NCBI GenBank assembly: GCA_001873345.1
Contig: MNYY01000004.1
Coordinates: 1-38,668 of the forward strand
Reading direction: 5' to 3'
DNA length: 38,668 bases
Source of the DNA: Candidatus Infernicultor aquiphilus
GTDB taxonomy: Bacteria > Atribacterota > Phoenicimicrobiia > Phoenicimicrobiales > Phoenicimicrobiaceae
Shown: one piece after another, positions 1 to 9,786 of the stretch
Position numbering within the stretch: position 1 is the first letter of the stretch
Layout: every line of letters starts with the position of its first letter
Notes under the pieces: generated by a model
The model's input: the letters and a program-made list of their open reading frames with translations, nothing else
The model's database searches: none
Told to the model about the DNA's origin: nothing
Made by a program: the position numbers and the translations under genes

Positions 1-112
1 ACCATTTAAAGAACCAGCTTTTGCCTTTACCAAGACTCTGGTAGATCTCCTTAGGAGATTCACCATTTTCGTATCTTTTTATAGCTTTTTCTCTTAATTC
101 TTTACTGTTCAT
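1..112 (-). CDS. 5' end of a helix-turn-helix transposase-like gene (continues off the left edge)
   Basis: Minus-strand ATG at 112-110 with GGAGG (complement of 119-123) upstream. It translates to MNSKELREKAIKRYENGESPKEIYQSLGKGKSWFFKW..., which resembles the N-terminal HTH of IS630-type and similar transposases. Only 37 codons are visible. Confidence 0.45.
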   Translation of the reverse strand, partial: MNSKELREKAIKRYENGESPKEIYQSLGKGKSWFFKW

Positions 113-160
113 AACTGACCTCCTTTTTTAAGGTCAGTATAGAACATTTTAAGTTGTATA

Positions 161-237
161 GTTCACGATGTGTTGATATAAAATACCATTAAGGTTCACG
201 ATGTGTTGATATTTTTAAGTTCACGATGTGTTGATAT
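161..237. repeat. Three perfect 19-bp direct repeats GTTCACGATGTGTTGATAT (161-179, 194-212, 219-237)
   Basis: Verified base by base. The gaps are 14 nt and 6 nt. The repeats lie between the transposase-like gene start (112) and the V-ATPase operon. Confidence 0.95.
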
Positions 238-261
238 TTGTCAGTTAGCAGATAGTAATCC

Positions 262-289
262 GTATCGAGTATCGAGTATCGCGTGAGAA
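262..289. repeat. Heptamer tandem repeat GTATCGA GTATCGA GTATCGC GTGAGAA
   Basis: Read directly from the sequence. The same GTATCGA tandem motif recurs at 37451-37536. Confidence 0.85.
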
Positions 290-381
290 AAATAAGAGTT
301 TAGGAGTAGAGACACAATTAAAAATTCAAGTAGAGAAATTTATTAGTTAAAACTAACATTAATTAGAAATAGGAGGAAAAT

Positions 382-858
382 ATGATTACACAAGGAATAG
401 TAATGGCATTTTTAGGTTCTGCAATAGCTATCGGATTAGCTTGTTCTGGCTCTGGTATGGGAGTTGGTATAGCTGGAGCTGCTGCTGAAGGAGTGTTAAC
501 TGAAGAACCAGAAAAATTTGGTCTAATGTTATTTTTGTCAGCCATCCCAGGCACTCAGGGCATTTATGGTTTATTAGTTGGGTTTTGGGTTTTAATGAAA
601 ACTGGTATTTTTGCAGGCGTACCATTACCCTTAACCTTAAATCAAGGATGGCAAATATTTTTTGCCTGTATACCTGTAGGAGTAGTAGGCTTTTTTTCTG
701 GGTGGTATCAAGGAAAAACTGCTGCTGCAGCCATAGGATTAGTTGCCAGAAATCCAGAAGAGGTTGGCAAAGCCACAGTAATGGTTGCTATGGTAGAAAC
801 CTATGCAGTATTTTCTTTATTGGCTTCATTGTTACTTTTTAATGGAATAAATTTGTAA
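382..858 (+). CDS. ntpK: V-type ATPase proteolipid subunit K (16-kDa, four-helix c-type subunit)
   Basis: AGGAGG at 371-376. The 158-aa hydrophobic Gly/Ala-rich protein aligns by eye with Enterococcus hirae NtpK, including PGTQGIYG, YQGKTAAAA and MVETYA. Confidence 0.9.
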   Translation: MITQGIVMAFLGSAIAIGLACSGSGMGVGIAGAAAEGVLTEEPEKFGLMLFLSAIPGTQGIYGLLVGFWVLMKTGIFAGVPLPLTLNQGWQIFFACIPVGVVGFFSGWYQGKTAAAAIGLVARNPEEVGKATVMVAMVETYAVFSLLASLLLFNGINL

Positions 859-873
859 AAGGAAGACTATTAT

Positions 874-1470
874 ATGACCATTAAAGATATAAACGAAAAA
901 ATTATATCTGATGCTCAGATTCAAGCAGATAAAATTATTACTCAAGCTGAAGATAAAACTAAGGAAATTATCAAAAAAGGCAAAGAAGAAGCAGATAATA
1001 TTAAAAATATAATATTGGGTAAAAACAATCAAGAAGCATCTCTAAAAAAGAATAAAATATTGACTGAGGCTAATTTAGAAGCAAGAAAAACTATTTTATT
1101 AGAAAAACAAAAAATTATGGAAGGTGCTTTTAACAAAGCTTTAGAAAGTATCTTAAAATTAGATGATAAAGATTATCACAATTTTATAAAAAAGTTAATA
1201 TTAGATAATATTGAAAAAGGCAATGAAACTATTTTTATTGCTTCTTCAGATAAAAATAAAATATCTAAAGATTTTATAGAAGATATAAATAAAACATTGG
1301 AAGTTAAAGATAAGAAGGGTGAATTAAAATTATCCACTTCTTATCTTCCGATACAAGGTGGAGTAATTATTGGTTCTGGTAAGGTAAGAAAAAATATTTC
1401 ATTGGAATTATTATTAAAAAAAGTTAGAGAAGAATCTGAAATTGAAATAGGTAAATATTTATTTGCTTAA
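874..1470 (+). CDS. ntpE: V-type ATPase subunit E
   Basis: 198 aa with a long charged N-terminal helix (KIISDAQIQADKII...EEADNI) and a globular C-terminus, in the expected position after K. AAGGAAG lies upstream. Confidence 0.85.
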   Translation: MTIKDINEKIISDAQIQADKIITQAEDKTKEIIKKGKEEADNIKNIILGKNNQEASLKKNKILTEANLEARKTILLEKQKIMEGAFNKALESILKLDDKDYHNFIKKLILDNIEKGNETIFIASSDKNKISKDFIEDINKTLEVKDKKGELKLSTSYLPIQGGVIIGSGKVRKNISLELLLKKVREESEIEIGKYLFA

Positions 1471-1520
1471 TATTTTTAAAGCAATGCTTTTTATATAATT
1501 TGAATGGGGAAGGATGATTA

Positions 1521-2576
1521 ATGTTTAAATACTTTACAGCAGATACTAACAATCAAGAAGAATATGCCTTTGCTAATGGAAGGATTAAAAAATTAGAAAA
1601 GGGATTATTAACTAAAGATTTATTAGATAGAATGATAAAATCAACTGATACTATATCTGCGATAAAAATTTTAATGGAAGGTAATTTAAATAATTATTCC
1701 TTTGACCTTAATAATCCTGAAAATTATGAAGATTCATTAAATCGAGAATTATTATCTAGTTACAATATCATAAAAGATATTTCTAAAGTTTCTACTTTTA
1801 ATTTTCTATATTTCACATTTGCTTCTAAATATGATTTTCATAATATCAAAATACTTATAAAATCGAAATATTTAAAAGAAGACGTTTCTGATAAATTAAT
1901 ATCACCAATTGGTACCATAAATATAAAAAAACTTAATTTAGCGATTATAGACGAAAAATATGAAGATCTTCCTAATTCTTTTGAATTTTTAATTAAAAAA
2001 ATATTTTTAGAATATAGTAAATTTAAAGACCCAGAGATAATAGATTTCATTCTAGATAAAGAAAGATATGTTATGATATTTAATAAAATTAAAGAGGTTG
2101 AAGTGATAGAGACAGAGGAAAATTTTTTAAAAAGGTTTATTAAAATAAATATAGATCTTAATAATATAATTAGTTCTATTAGAGCAAAAATAAGGGGAGA
2201 AGAAAAAATATTCTTAAAAAATTTTTTAATTAGCGAAGGTGATTTTAATATAAAAAACATAGTAGCAGTTTATGATTCACCGTTGTCTTCTTGGCCTGAA
2301 AAGTTAGTTTATACTGATTATAAAAATGTAATTGAATTAGGCATAAAATATTTTCAAAAAAATAATTCCTTAATGGAATTAGAAAAGTTAAGAGATAATT
2401 TTATTATTAATTTTACTAAAGTAGGAAAATTAATTACCTTTGGGATAGAACCTTTAGTAGGATTTATGGTAGCTAAAGAAAATGATATAAAAAATATTAG
2501 AATAATTTTATCAGGTAAGTTAAATAAATTACTTCCCAGTACCATTAAAGAAAGTGTTCGTGATACTTATGTATAA
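1521..2576 (+). CDS. ntpC: V-type ATPase subunit C (eukaryotic d homologue)
   Basis: 351 aa. The C-terminal LVGFMVAKENDIKNIRIILSGK is typical of the A/V-type C subunit, and the operon position fits. Confidence 0.85.
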   Translation: MFKYFTADTNNQEEYAFANGRIKKLEKGLLTKDLLDRMIKSTDTISAIKILMEGNLNNYSFDLNNPENYEDSLNRELLSSYNIIKDISKVSTFNFLYFTFASKYDFHNIKILIKSKYLKEDVSDKLISPIGTINIKKLNLAIIDEKYEDLPNSFEFLIKKIFLEYSKFKDPEIIDFILDKERYVMIFNKIKEVEVIETEENFLKRFIKINIDLNNIISSIRAKIRGEEKIFLKNFLISEGDFNIKNIVAVYDSPLSSWPEKLVYTDYKNVIELGIKYFQKNNSLMELEKLRDNFIINFTKVGKLITFGIEPLVGFMVAKENDIKNIRIILSGKLNKLLPSTIKESVRDTYV

Positions 2577-2895
2577 TATTGCTATGATAGGGAATAGAGA
2601 TTCAATTATCGGTTTTAAATTATTAGGTATCTCAATTTTCCCAGTAAGCAAAAAAGAAGAAACTATAGAAATATTAAACAAAATAGTAAAAGAGAAATAT
2701 GCAGCAGTATTTATAACTGAGGAAATAGCCATTCAAATATTTGAAAAAATAGAGGAATTACAAAAAAATAGTCTGCTCAGTTTCACTATAATTCCAAATA
2801 AGTTTGAAAAGAAAAACTTAGGATTAAAAATATTAGAAAAAAATATAGAAAAGGCAATTGGAACAGATATTTTATTTAGAAAAGAGGAAGAATAA
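2569..2895 (+). CDS. ntpG: V-type ATPase subunit F (NtpG in E. hirae nomenclature)
   Basis: [21 protein letters not shown]... is the typical F-subunit N-terminus. The ATG at 2569 overlaps the ntpC stop codon, so I prefer it to the GTG at 2554 in the ORF track. Confidence 0.8.
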   Translation: MYNIAMIGNRDSIIGFKLLGISIFPVSKKEETIEILNKIVKEKYAAVFITEEIAIQIFEKIEELQKNSLLSFTIIPNKFEKKNLGLKILEKNIEKAIGTDILFRKEEE

Positions 2896-4649
2896 TGGAA
2901 ACAGGAAAAATTATTAAAGTAGCAGGTCCAGTAGTTGAAGCTGAAGGTCTACGAGGCGCAAAAATGTATGATGTTGTAAAAGTAAGTAATCAAAAATTAA
3001 TCGGTGAAATAATTGAACTTGCTAAGGATTTAGTAACCATACAAGTTTATGAAGAAACCTCTGGCATTGGTCCTGGAGAACCTGTCTTTTCTACTGGTAT
3101 GCCTTTAAGTGTAGAATTAGGTCCTGGGTTAATTAAATCAATTTATGATGGAATTCAGAGACCTTTAGATTTAATTAGATTATCTAAGGGAGATTTTATT
3201 AGCCGGGGTGCTGAAGAAGATGCAATTAATAGAAAAAAGAAGTGGGATTTTGAGCCAGTTCTTAAAAAAGGAGATAAAGTAATTTCTGGAGATATTATTG
3301 GAACTGTTCAGGAAAGTAGTATTATCCAACATAAAATAATGATTCCATATGGAATCCAGGGTGAAATTGAAGAAATATATAAGGGTAAATTTACAGTTAC
3401 TGAAACAATTACCAAAATAAGAGATAGACAAGGATTACTTCAAGAAATAAAAATGTTGCAAAAATGGCCAGTAAGAAAATTGAGGCCTTATAAAGAAAAA
3501 TTACCTCCTTTTGAACCATTAATAACTGGTCAACGAGTAATTGATACGTTTTTCCCAATTGCGAAGGGAGGGACTGCTTGTATTCCAGGACCTTTTGGTA
3601 GTGGGAAAACAGTAATTCAGCATCAGCTTTCTAAGTGGTGTAACGCAGAAATTATTATTTTTATTGGATGTGGCGAGAGAGGGAATGAAATGACTGACGT
3701 TTTATTAGAATTTCCTGAATTAATTGATCCCCATACCGGAAAAAGACTAATGGAAAGAACTATCTTAATTGCTAATACTTCGAATATGCCGGTAGCAGCT
3801 CGTGAAGCTTCTGTTTATACTGGTATAACTATTGCTGAATACTATAGAGATATGGGTTATAATGTTGCACTTATGGCTGACTCGACTTCTCGTTGGGCAG
3901 AAGCAATGCGAGAAATTTCAGGTCGATTAGAAGAAATGCCAGGCGAAGAAGGTTACCCTGCTTATTTAGGGACTAGAATTTCTAGCTTTTATGAAAGATC
4001 AGGTAGAGTAAAATGTTTAAGTAATGATGATAGGGAAGCAACTTTAAGTGTCATCGGAGCTGTATCACCTCCGGGGGGAGATTTATCTGAACCAGTTACT
4101 CAAAATACCTTGCGTACAGTGCAAGTTTTTTGGAGTTTGCAAGATAAGTTAGCTTATGAAAGGCATTTTCCAGCGATTGATTGGTTAACTAGTTACTCCC
4201 TTTATTTATCTCAGTTATCTGAATTTTATGAAAAGGAAATTAATAAAGATTTTATAGAACTACGTAATAAATCTATGGGGATTCTTCAACAAGAAGCAGA
4301 ATTAGAAGAAATTGTAAGATTAGTTGGAGTTGATGCCTTATCAACTCATGAAAGATTAATATTAGAAACAGCGAGATCAATTAGAGAAGATTTTCTTCAT
4401 CAAGATGCTTTTGACGAAATAGATACCTATACTTCTGTAAAAAAACAATTTTTAATGTTAAAATTAATTATTTTATTCCATGAGACTGCAGAAAAAGTAA
4501 TTGTACAAGGTGTAAATATAGAAAAAATCAATTCCCTACCGGTTAAAAGTAATATAATAAGAGCTAAATATATTAAAGAAAATAATCTAAAAAAATTTAG
4601 TGAAATTGAAAAAGAAATAATATGTCAAATTAATTCAACAACCACTTAA
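2895..4649 (+). CDS. ntpA: V-type ATPase catalytic subunit A
   Basis: 584 aa with Walker A GPFGSGKT and a non-homologous insert region. The ATG overlaps the ntpG stop. Confidence 0.95.
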   Translation: METGKIIKVAGPVVEAEGLRGAKMYDVVKVSNQKLIGEIIELAKDLVTIQVYEETSGIGPGEPVFSTGMPLSVELGPGLIKSIYDGIQRPLDLIRLSKGDFISRGAEEDAINRKKKWDFEPVLKKGDKVISGDIIGTVQESSIIQHKIMIPYGIQGEIEEIYKGKFTVTETITKIRDRQGLLQEIKMLQKWPVRKLRPYKEKLPPFEPLITGQRVIDTFFPIAKGGTACIPGPFGSGKTVIQHQLSKWCNAEIIIFIGCGERGNEMTDVLLEFPELIDPHTGKRLMERTILIANTSNMPVAAREASVYTGITIAEYYRDMGYNVALMADSTSRWAEAMREISGRLEEMPGEEGYPAYLGTRISSFYERSGRVKCLSNDDREATLSVIGAVSPPGGDLSEPVTQNTLRTVQVFWSLQDKLAYERHFPAIDWLTSYSLYLSQLSEFYEKEINKDFIELRNKSMGILQQEAELEEIVRLVGVDALSTHERLILETARSIREDFLHQDAFDEIDTYTSVKKQFLMLKLIILFHETAEKVIVQGVNIEKINSLPVKSNIIRAKYIKENNLKKFSEIEKEIICQINSTTT

Positions 4650-4674
4650 AGGGAAGGAGAAAATATAGAAAAAA

Positions 4675-6084
4675 ATGATTAAGGAATATTTAACCATATC
4701 TTATGTAGCTGGTCCTTTAATAATAGTTGAAAAAACAACAGATGTTAAGTATCAAGAATTAGTTGAAATAGAATTATCTTCTGGGGAAATTAGAAGAGGA
4801 CAGGTACTTGAAGTGACTGAAGATAAAGCAATTGTTCAAGTATTTGAAGGAACAACAGGTATCGATGTCTCCGATAGTAAAGTTCGCTTTTTAGGAAAAG
4901 TAATAGAGCTACCTGTTTCATTAGATATTTTGGGTAGAATATTTGATGGTTCTGGTAGGCCGATAGATAATGGACCTCAAATAATTGCAGAAAAAAAATT
5001 AGATATAAATGGTAATCCCCTTAATCCTTATGCTCGAGACTATCCCAACGATTTTATACAAACTGGGATTTCTTCTATCGATGTCTTAAATACGTTAGTT
5101 AGAGGACAGAAATTACCTATTTTTTCTGGCGCCGGGTTGCCCCATGCCAGACTTGCTTCTCAGATTGCTCGACAGTCAAAAGTATTAGGTAAGGAAGAAA
5201 AATTTGCCGTAGTTTTCGCTGCTATGGGGATAACCTTTGAAGAAGCAAGTTTTTTTATAAATGATTTTAGAAGAACCGGAGCGATAGAAAAGTGTGTTAT
5301 GTTTATTAATTTAGCGAATAACCCAGCAGTGGAGAGAATTATAACTCCCCGGATGGCTCTAACTTGTGCAGAATATTTAGCATTTGAAAAAAATATGCAT
5401 GTTTTGGTAATACTAACTGATATGACTAATTATTGTGAGGCTTTAAGGGAAGTATCAGCAGCTAGAAAAGAAGTTCCGGGAAGACGTGGTTATCCTGGTT
5501 ATTTGTATACAGATTTAGCTACACTTTATGAAAGAGCAGGGAGAATAAAAGATAAGAAAGGATCAATAACCTTAATTCCAATTTTAACTATGCCTGAAGA
5601 TGACAAAACACATCCTATCCCAGATTTAACCGGTTATATCACAGAAGGTCAGATAATATTATCCAGGGAACTTCATCATAAAGGAATTTACCCACCCATA
5701 AATGTATTACCATCTTTGTCTCGTTTAAAAGATAAAGGTATAGGGTTAAATAAAACTCGCGAAGATCACGCAAATGTAATGAATCAGCTTTTTGCTTCTT
5801 ATGCCAGAGGAAAAGAGGTTAAAGAATTAGCTGTAATCTTAGGAGAAGCTGCTCTAACTAAGATTGATAAAAAATATGTAAAATTTGCAGATAAATTTGA
5901 AGAATTATTTATTAAACAAAGTGAAGATGAAAATAGGTCTATTGAAGAGAGTTTAAATATAGGGTGGCAATTATTAACCATCCTACCAATAGAAGAACTG
6001 AAAAGAATAAAGGATGAATTTATTAAAAAGTATCTACCAAAAGATACATTAAAGGACGAAAAGATAAATGCTATTACACGTTAA
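4675..6084 (+). CDS. ntpB: V-type ATPase subunit B
   Basis: 469 aa. [19 protein letters not shown]..., [15 protein letters not shown] and [22 protein letters not shown] are all typical of subunit B. Confidence 0.95.
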   Translation: MIKEYLTISYVAGPLIIVEKTTDVKYQELVEIELSSGEIRRGQVLEVTEDKAIVQVFEGTTGIDVSDSKVRFLGKVIELPVSLDILGRIFDGSGRPIDNGPQIIAEKKLDINGNPLNPYARDYPNDFIQTGISSIDVLNTLVRGQKLPIFSGAGLPHARLASQIARQSKVLGKEEKFAVVFAAMGITFEEASFFINDFRRTGAIEKCVMFINLANNPAVERIITPRMALTCAEYLAFEKNMHVLVILTDMTNYCEALREVSAARKEVPGRRGYPGYLYTDLATLYERAGRIKDKKGSITLIPILTMPEDDKTHPIPDLTGYITEGQIILSRELHHKGIYPPINVLPSLSRLKDKGIGLNKTREDHANVMNQLFASYARGKEVKELAVILGEAALTKIDKKYVKFADKFEELFIKQSEDENRSIEESLNIGWQLLTILPIEELKRIKDEFIKKYLPKDTLKDEKINAITR

Positions 6085-6685
6085 TCCTAATCGAATGGAA
6101 TTAATAAAATTAAAAAAGAGATTGATTGTAGCAAAGCGAGGATACAAGCTTTTAAAGGACAAAAGAGACGCCTTAATTCAAAAATATATTCAATTAGTCA
6201 AAGAAGATAAAATAATTAGAGAAGAAGTCGAAGAAAAATTAATGAAAGGTTATTCAATATTTTCTAATGCCACTTCTTTAATGAGCGAAATAACACTTGA
6301 GGAAACTTTAATGTTTCCGAAAGCGAAAAGCTTTATTGAAATAGATTTTACAAATATTATGAGTGTAAATGTTCCAAAATACAAATATATAGGTGAAGGG
6401 AATTATTATACCTATAGCTTAATGGAAACAACTGCGGAATTAGACCATGCTTTGCGAAATTTTTATGAAATATTACCTTTAATGTTAAAATTAGCAGAAT
6501 TAGAAAAAGCAGTTTCCCTTCTAGCTGATGAAATTGAAAAAACTAGAAGACGAGTTAATGCATTAGAATATATATTAATACCTGATTTAGAAAATACCAT
6601 AAAATTTATTACTATGAAATTGGATGAAATAGCAAGATCTGCAATTTCAGCAATTATGAGAATTAAAGAAATTATAAGAGCTTAA
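6068..6685 (+). CDS. ntpD: V-type ATPase subunit D
   Basis: 205 aa coiled-coil protein. [32 protein letters not shown] is the typical D-subunit N-terminus, and the gene overlaps the end of ntpB. Confidence 0.9.
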   Translation: MLLHVNPNRMELIKLKKRLIVAKRGYKLLKDKRDALIQKYIQLVKEDKIIREEVEEKLMKGYSIFSNATSLMSEITLEETLMFPKAKSFIEIDFTNIMSVNVPKYKYIGEGNYYTYSLMETTAELDHALRNFYEILPLMLKLAELEKAVSLLADEIEKTRRRVNALEYILIPDLENTIKFITMKLDEIARSAISAIMRIKEIIRA

Positions 6686-6692
6686 TTTAAAT

Positions 6693-6723
6693 AAAAAAAC
6701 GGCGAGGTATGCGCCGTTTTTTT
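6693..6723 (+). terminator. Rho-independent (bidirectional-looking) terminator after the V-ATPase operon
   Basis: A7-CGGCG-aggtatg-CGCCG-T7 lies immediately after the ntpD stop codon. Confidence 0.8.
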
Positions 6724-6776
6724 ATTTATAAATCAAATAATAATATCAATGTTTTGAAAAGAAAGTCAAAATAATT

Positions 6777-7511
6777 ATGAAATTTGGAATAATATCAGAT
6801 ATTCATAGTAATTCTGAAGCATTAGATTGTGTATTAAATAATATGGAAAAAGTTGATGAATTTATTTGTTTGGGAGATATTGTTGGTTATGGGGCGGATC
6901 CTAATTATTGCGTTAAAAAGATAAAAGATTTAAACTGTAGATGTATAGGTGGAAATCATGATTTTGGAGTTATAGGAAAATTAGATATAAATTATTTTAA
7001 TGATGCGGCAAGAAAAGCAATTTTATGGACCTCTCGAAAGATAGAAGAAAATAATAAAATATTTTTATTAAACCTAAATAAAAAGATTCAAGTTATTGAA
7101 AATATATTTGCAGTTCATGGAAGTCCTCGTGAACCAATATTTGAATATATTTTAGATAAAAATAGCGCGTATGATATATTTAAGAAATATGATTTCAAAA
7201 TATATTTTATTGGACATTCCCACTTAGCAGGATGTTTTTCTTTTAATAAAAGCAATAACCAGGTAAACTACACTGATTTTATTAATGGTGGTTACATTGA
7301 AATTTTAAAAAATAAAAGGTATATTATTAATTGTGGGAGTGTCGGTCAACCACGTGATGGTAATCCAGATGCAAGTTATGGAATTTATGATACAGAATAT
7401 AAGGTAGTTAAAATTTATCGAATATCTTATCCAATTTATTTGACTCAAAAAAAAATAATTAATGCAGGGTTACCTAAAATTTTAGCCGATAGACTTAGTT
7501 GGGGTAGATAG
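6777..7511 (+). CDS. Calcineurin-like metallophosphoesterase (YfcE/MJ0936-like)
   Basis: Carries the motifs ISDIHSN, GDIVGYG, GNHD, GHSH and CGSVGQPRD. Confidence 0.8.
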   Translation: MKFGIISDIHSNSEALDCVLNNMEKVDEFICLGDIVGYGADPNYCVKKIKDLNCRCIGGNHDFGVIGKLDINYFNDAARKAILWTSRKIEENNKIFLLNLNKKIQVIENIFAVHGSPREPIFEYILDKNSAYDIFKKYDFKIYFIGHSHLAGCFSFNKSNNQVNYTDFINGGYIEILKNKRYIINCGSVGQPRDGNPDASYGIYDTEYKVVKIYRISYPIYLTQKKIINAGLPKILADRLSWGR

Positions 7512-7520
7512 TATATATAT

Positions 7521-7594
7521 GTGCCCGTGGCTTAATTGGATAAAGCGGCGGCCTCCGGAGCCGTAGACTGGAGGTTCAAATCCTCTCGGGCACA
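7521..7594 (+). tRNA. tRNA-Arg (anticodon CCG)
   Basis: Hand-folded cloverleaf: acceptor GTGCCCG/CGGGCAC, D stem GCTT/AAGC, anticodon stem GCGGC/GCCGT with loop CTCCGGA, T arm GGAGG-TTCAAAT-CCTCT, discriminator A. CCA is not encoded. Confidence 0.9.
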
Positions 7595-7638
7595 CTATTT
7601 AATTTTTAGATAATATATGTAAAATTAGGATAAATTAT

Positions 7639-8247
7639 ATGTTCTATTGGATAACAAGAGCTATATGTTGGTTATTATTAAAAATATTTTGGCAAATGAA
7701 AATAATAGGAATTGAGAATGTACCTAAAAGGAGAGCGTTAATAATTGCTTCGAATCATGTAAGTTACTTAGATCCAATCGTTTTAGCAACATCAATGAAG
7801 AGAAAAATTTGTTTTATTGCTAAAAAAGAAGCTTTTAATAATATTTTTGGAAATTTTATACTTAAAAAATTGAATGCCTTTCCTGTGGATAGGGGAAAAA
7901 ATGATATCCTTGCTGTAAAAAAAGCTATAAATATTTTACAAGCAGGGAAAATATTAGGTGTATTTCCTGAAGGTTCACGTTCATTAAATATTGAATTACA
8001 AGAATTAAAATTAGGTGTAATAAAAATTGCTATAAAAACAGGTGTTCCAATCGTACCAGTTGGAATTATTGGTACCCATAAGATATATCCTCGTGGAAAG
8101 ATTTTCCCTACTTTTTTTAAATATAAAATAATCGTTCATTATGGTAGCCCTATATATCTAAACAAATTAAATTTAAAAGACAAAATATATCATAAAGAAT
8201 TATTAAATATATTAAGTAATAAAATAAAACAATTAATAATAATATAA
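7639..8247 (+). CDS. plsC: 1-acyl-sn-glycerol-3-phosphate acyltransferase
   Basis: Acyltransferase motifs NHVSYLDP (HX4D) and VFPEGSRS, plus an N-terminal hydrophobic segment. Confidence 0.85.
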   Translation: MFYWITRAICWLLLKIFWQMKIIGIENVPKRRALIIASNHVSYLDPIVLATSMKRKICFIAKKEAFNNIFGNFILKKLNAFPVDRGKNDILAVKKAINILQAGKILGVFPEGSRSLNIELQELKLGVIKIAIKTGVPIVPVGIIGTHKIYPRGKIFPTFFKYKIIVHYGSPIYLNKLNLKDKIYHKELLNILSNKIKQLIII

Positions 8248-8299
8248 CATAAATGAGAATATTGATATTTAATAAAAAAATTAGAAGGTGAATAAAACT

Positions 8300-9718
8300 A
8301 TGAAAAAATATTATATATTTATTATTATAATTTTTATTATTTTATCACCTATTAATAGTATGGCAAACATTGATTATATTACTATGTTAACTTTTGGTGA
8401 ATATGGTAACAGGGCAGGTGAATTTAATTATCCGGTTTGCCTGGCACTCGATAAAGATAATAACTTATATGTATCTGATTGGGAAAATGACCGTATACAA
8501 AAATTCAGCTCTGAGGGAAGATTACTAAAGGTGATTCCGGATGGGGAAGGGGAGGATGCATTAAAACTTGATGGCCCGGTTGGCTTGGCTCTGGATAGTA
8601 ACGGAAATATAATCATAGTAGAACAATTTAACCATAGAATCCAGAAAATATCACCGGAAGGTAAATCCTTACTGATGACTGGGAAAGAAGGTAATGGCCC
8701 GGGTGAATTTTCGAATCCAAGAGGCATAGCCATAGACAAAGATGATAATATTTATGTTGTAGATACAGGAAATAGTAGGATACAAATATTTTCCCCTACT
8801 TTCGAGTATATTAAACAATTTGGGAAAGAAGGTATGGGAGACGGTGAATTTTATTACCCCAGAGGAATTACTTTTGATGAGGAAGGAAATATGTATATTG
8901 CCGATACTTTCCATGACCAGGTACAGGTATTTAGTAAAGAAGGCCTATTTTTAAGAAAATTTGGAGAAAGCGGGAGTGAGTTTGGACAATTTAGCGGCAC
9001 AAGATATATTGCTCTTGATTCAAAAAATAATATATATATCACTGATTACAAAAACGGAAAAGTAGTAAAATATGATAAAGATAATAATTCCGAATTAGAA
9101 TTTGGTAATGAGTCAGATAGAATTAATCTAAATTCCCCTGAAGGAATTGTTATAGATAACAGGGACTATATTTATGTTGCCGATGCTGGAAATAATAGAA
9201 TTGTAAAATTCTGCGTATCCCAAATAGTTATTCACAGTAATTTAGGCGATAAATATAGCGAAGAGAACAATTGGGAGAAAGCAATATTAGAATATGAACA
9301 AGTCATTTCTATAGATCCATTAAATATAACCGCCCGCGAAGGAATTGCTACTGCTTTTTATGAAAATAAACAATGGGAAGAAGCTATCGAAGCTTATAAC
9401 TACCTTTATAAAATACATCCGGATGATCAAAAAATAAAATTAAAGATCATTGATTCTCAATTCAATTTAGCTGTAAATGATGAAAAAAAATCACTTTTTA
9501 AAGAAGCATCCAGAGAATTTAAGGAAGTATTGAATTTAAATCCTAATTACCCTTCAGCCAAAAAAAGATATTATTTATCTTATGCTAAATATTTATTTTA
9601 TTCAACTTATTTTAGAGTAATATTTTTATTAATAATTATAGTGATATTTTTTATAATAGCATTACCAAAAATAAAAAAGAAAAAAACCAGTCGACATTCC
9701 AAAATAGACAAATATTAA
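8300..9718 (+). CDS. NHL-repeat (six-bladed propeller type) plus TPR protein with N-terminal signal/anchor and C-terminal TM helix
   Basis: Repeated units of the form G.G.GEF..P.GIA.D..GNIYV.D..N.RIQ.F, followed by TPR-like helices (WEKAILEYEQVISIDP..., WEEAIEAYNYLYKIHP) and a C-terminal hydrophobic stretch with KKKK. The ATG at 8300 (MKKYYIFIIII...) is preferred over the GTG at 8288. Confidence 0.8.
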   Translation: MKKYYIFIIIIFIILSPINSMANIDYITMLTFGEYGNRAGEFNYPVCLALDKDNNLYVSDWENDRIQKFSSEGRLLKVIPDGEGEDALKLDGPVGLALDSNGNIIIVEQFNHRIQKISPEGKSLLMTGKEGNGPGEFSNPRGIAIDKDDNIYVVDTGNSRIQIFSPTFEYIKQFGKEGMGDGEFYYPRGITFDEEGNMYIADTFHDQVQVFSKEGLFLRKFGESGSEFGQFSGTRYIALDSKNNIYITDYKNGKVVKYDKDNNSELEFGNESDRINLNSPEGIVIDNRDYIYVADAGNNRIVKFCVSQIVIHSNLGDKYSEENNWEKAILEYEQVISIDPLNITAREGIATAFYENKQWEEAIEAYNYLYKIHPDDQKIKLKIIDSQFNLAVNDEKKSLFKEASREFKEVLNLNPNYPSAKKRYYLSYAKYLFYSTYFRVIFLLIIIVIFFIIALPKIKKKKTSRHSKIDKY

Positions 9719-9786
9719 AATAAAATAAATAATAAAGTTTATATATTAAATCTAATAATTTTTAAAAGAGTAGGGGAGGGAATTTT

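Noticed and set aside
161-237. Possibility that the three 19-bp repeats form a mini CRISPR array
   Set aside because: The repeats are only 19 bp, and the gaps between them are 14 and 6 nt. That is far too short and irregular for spacers. There are no cas genes in the window.
363-9042. Antisense or alternative-frame ORFs in the six-frame track that overlap V-ATPase and NHL genes (for example 363-554, 428-625, 585-842, 832-1032, 1838-2260, 2354-2732, 3180-3431, 5799-5981, 8428-9042)
   Set aside because: They lie inside or opposite strongly supported conserved genes. They have low-complexity or hydrophobic junk translations and no SD. They are typical shadow ORFs.
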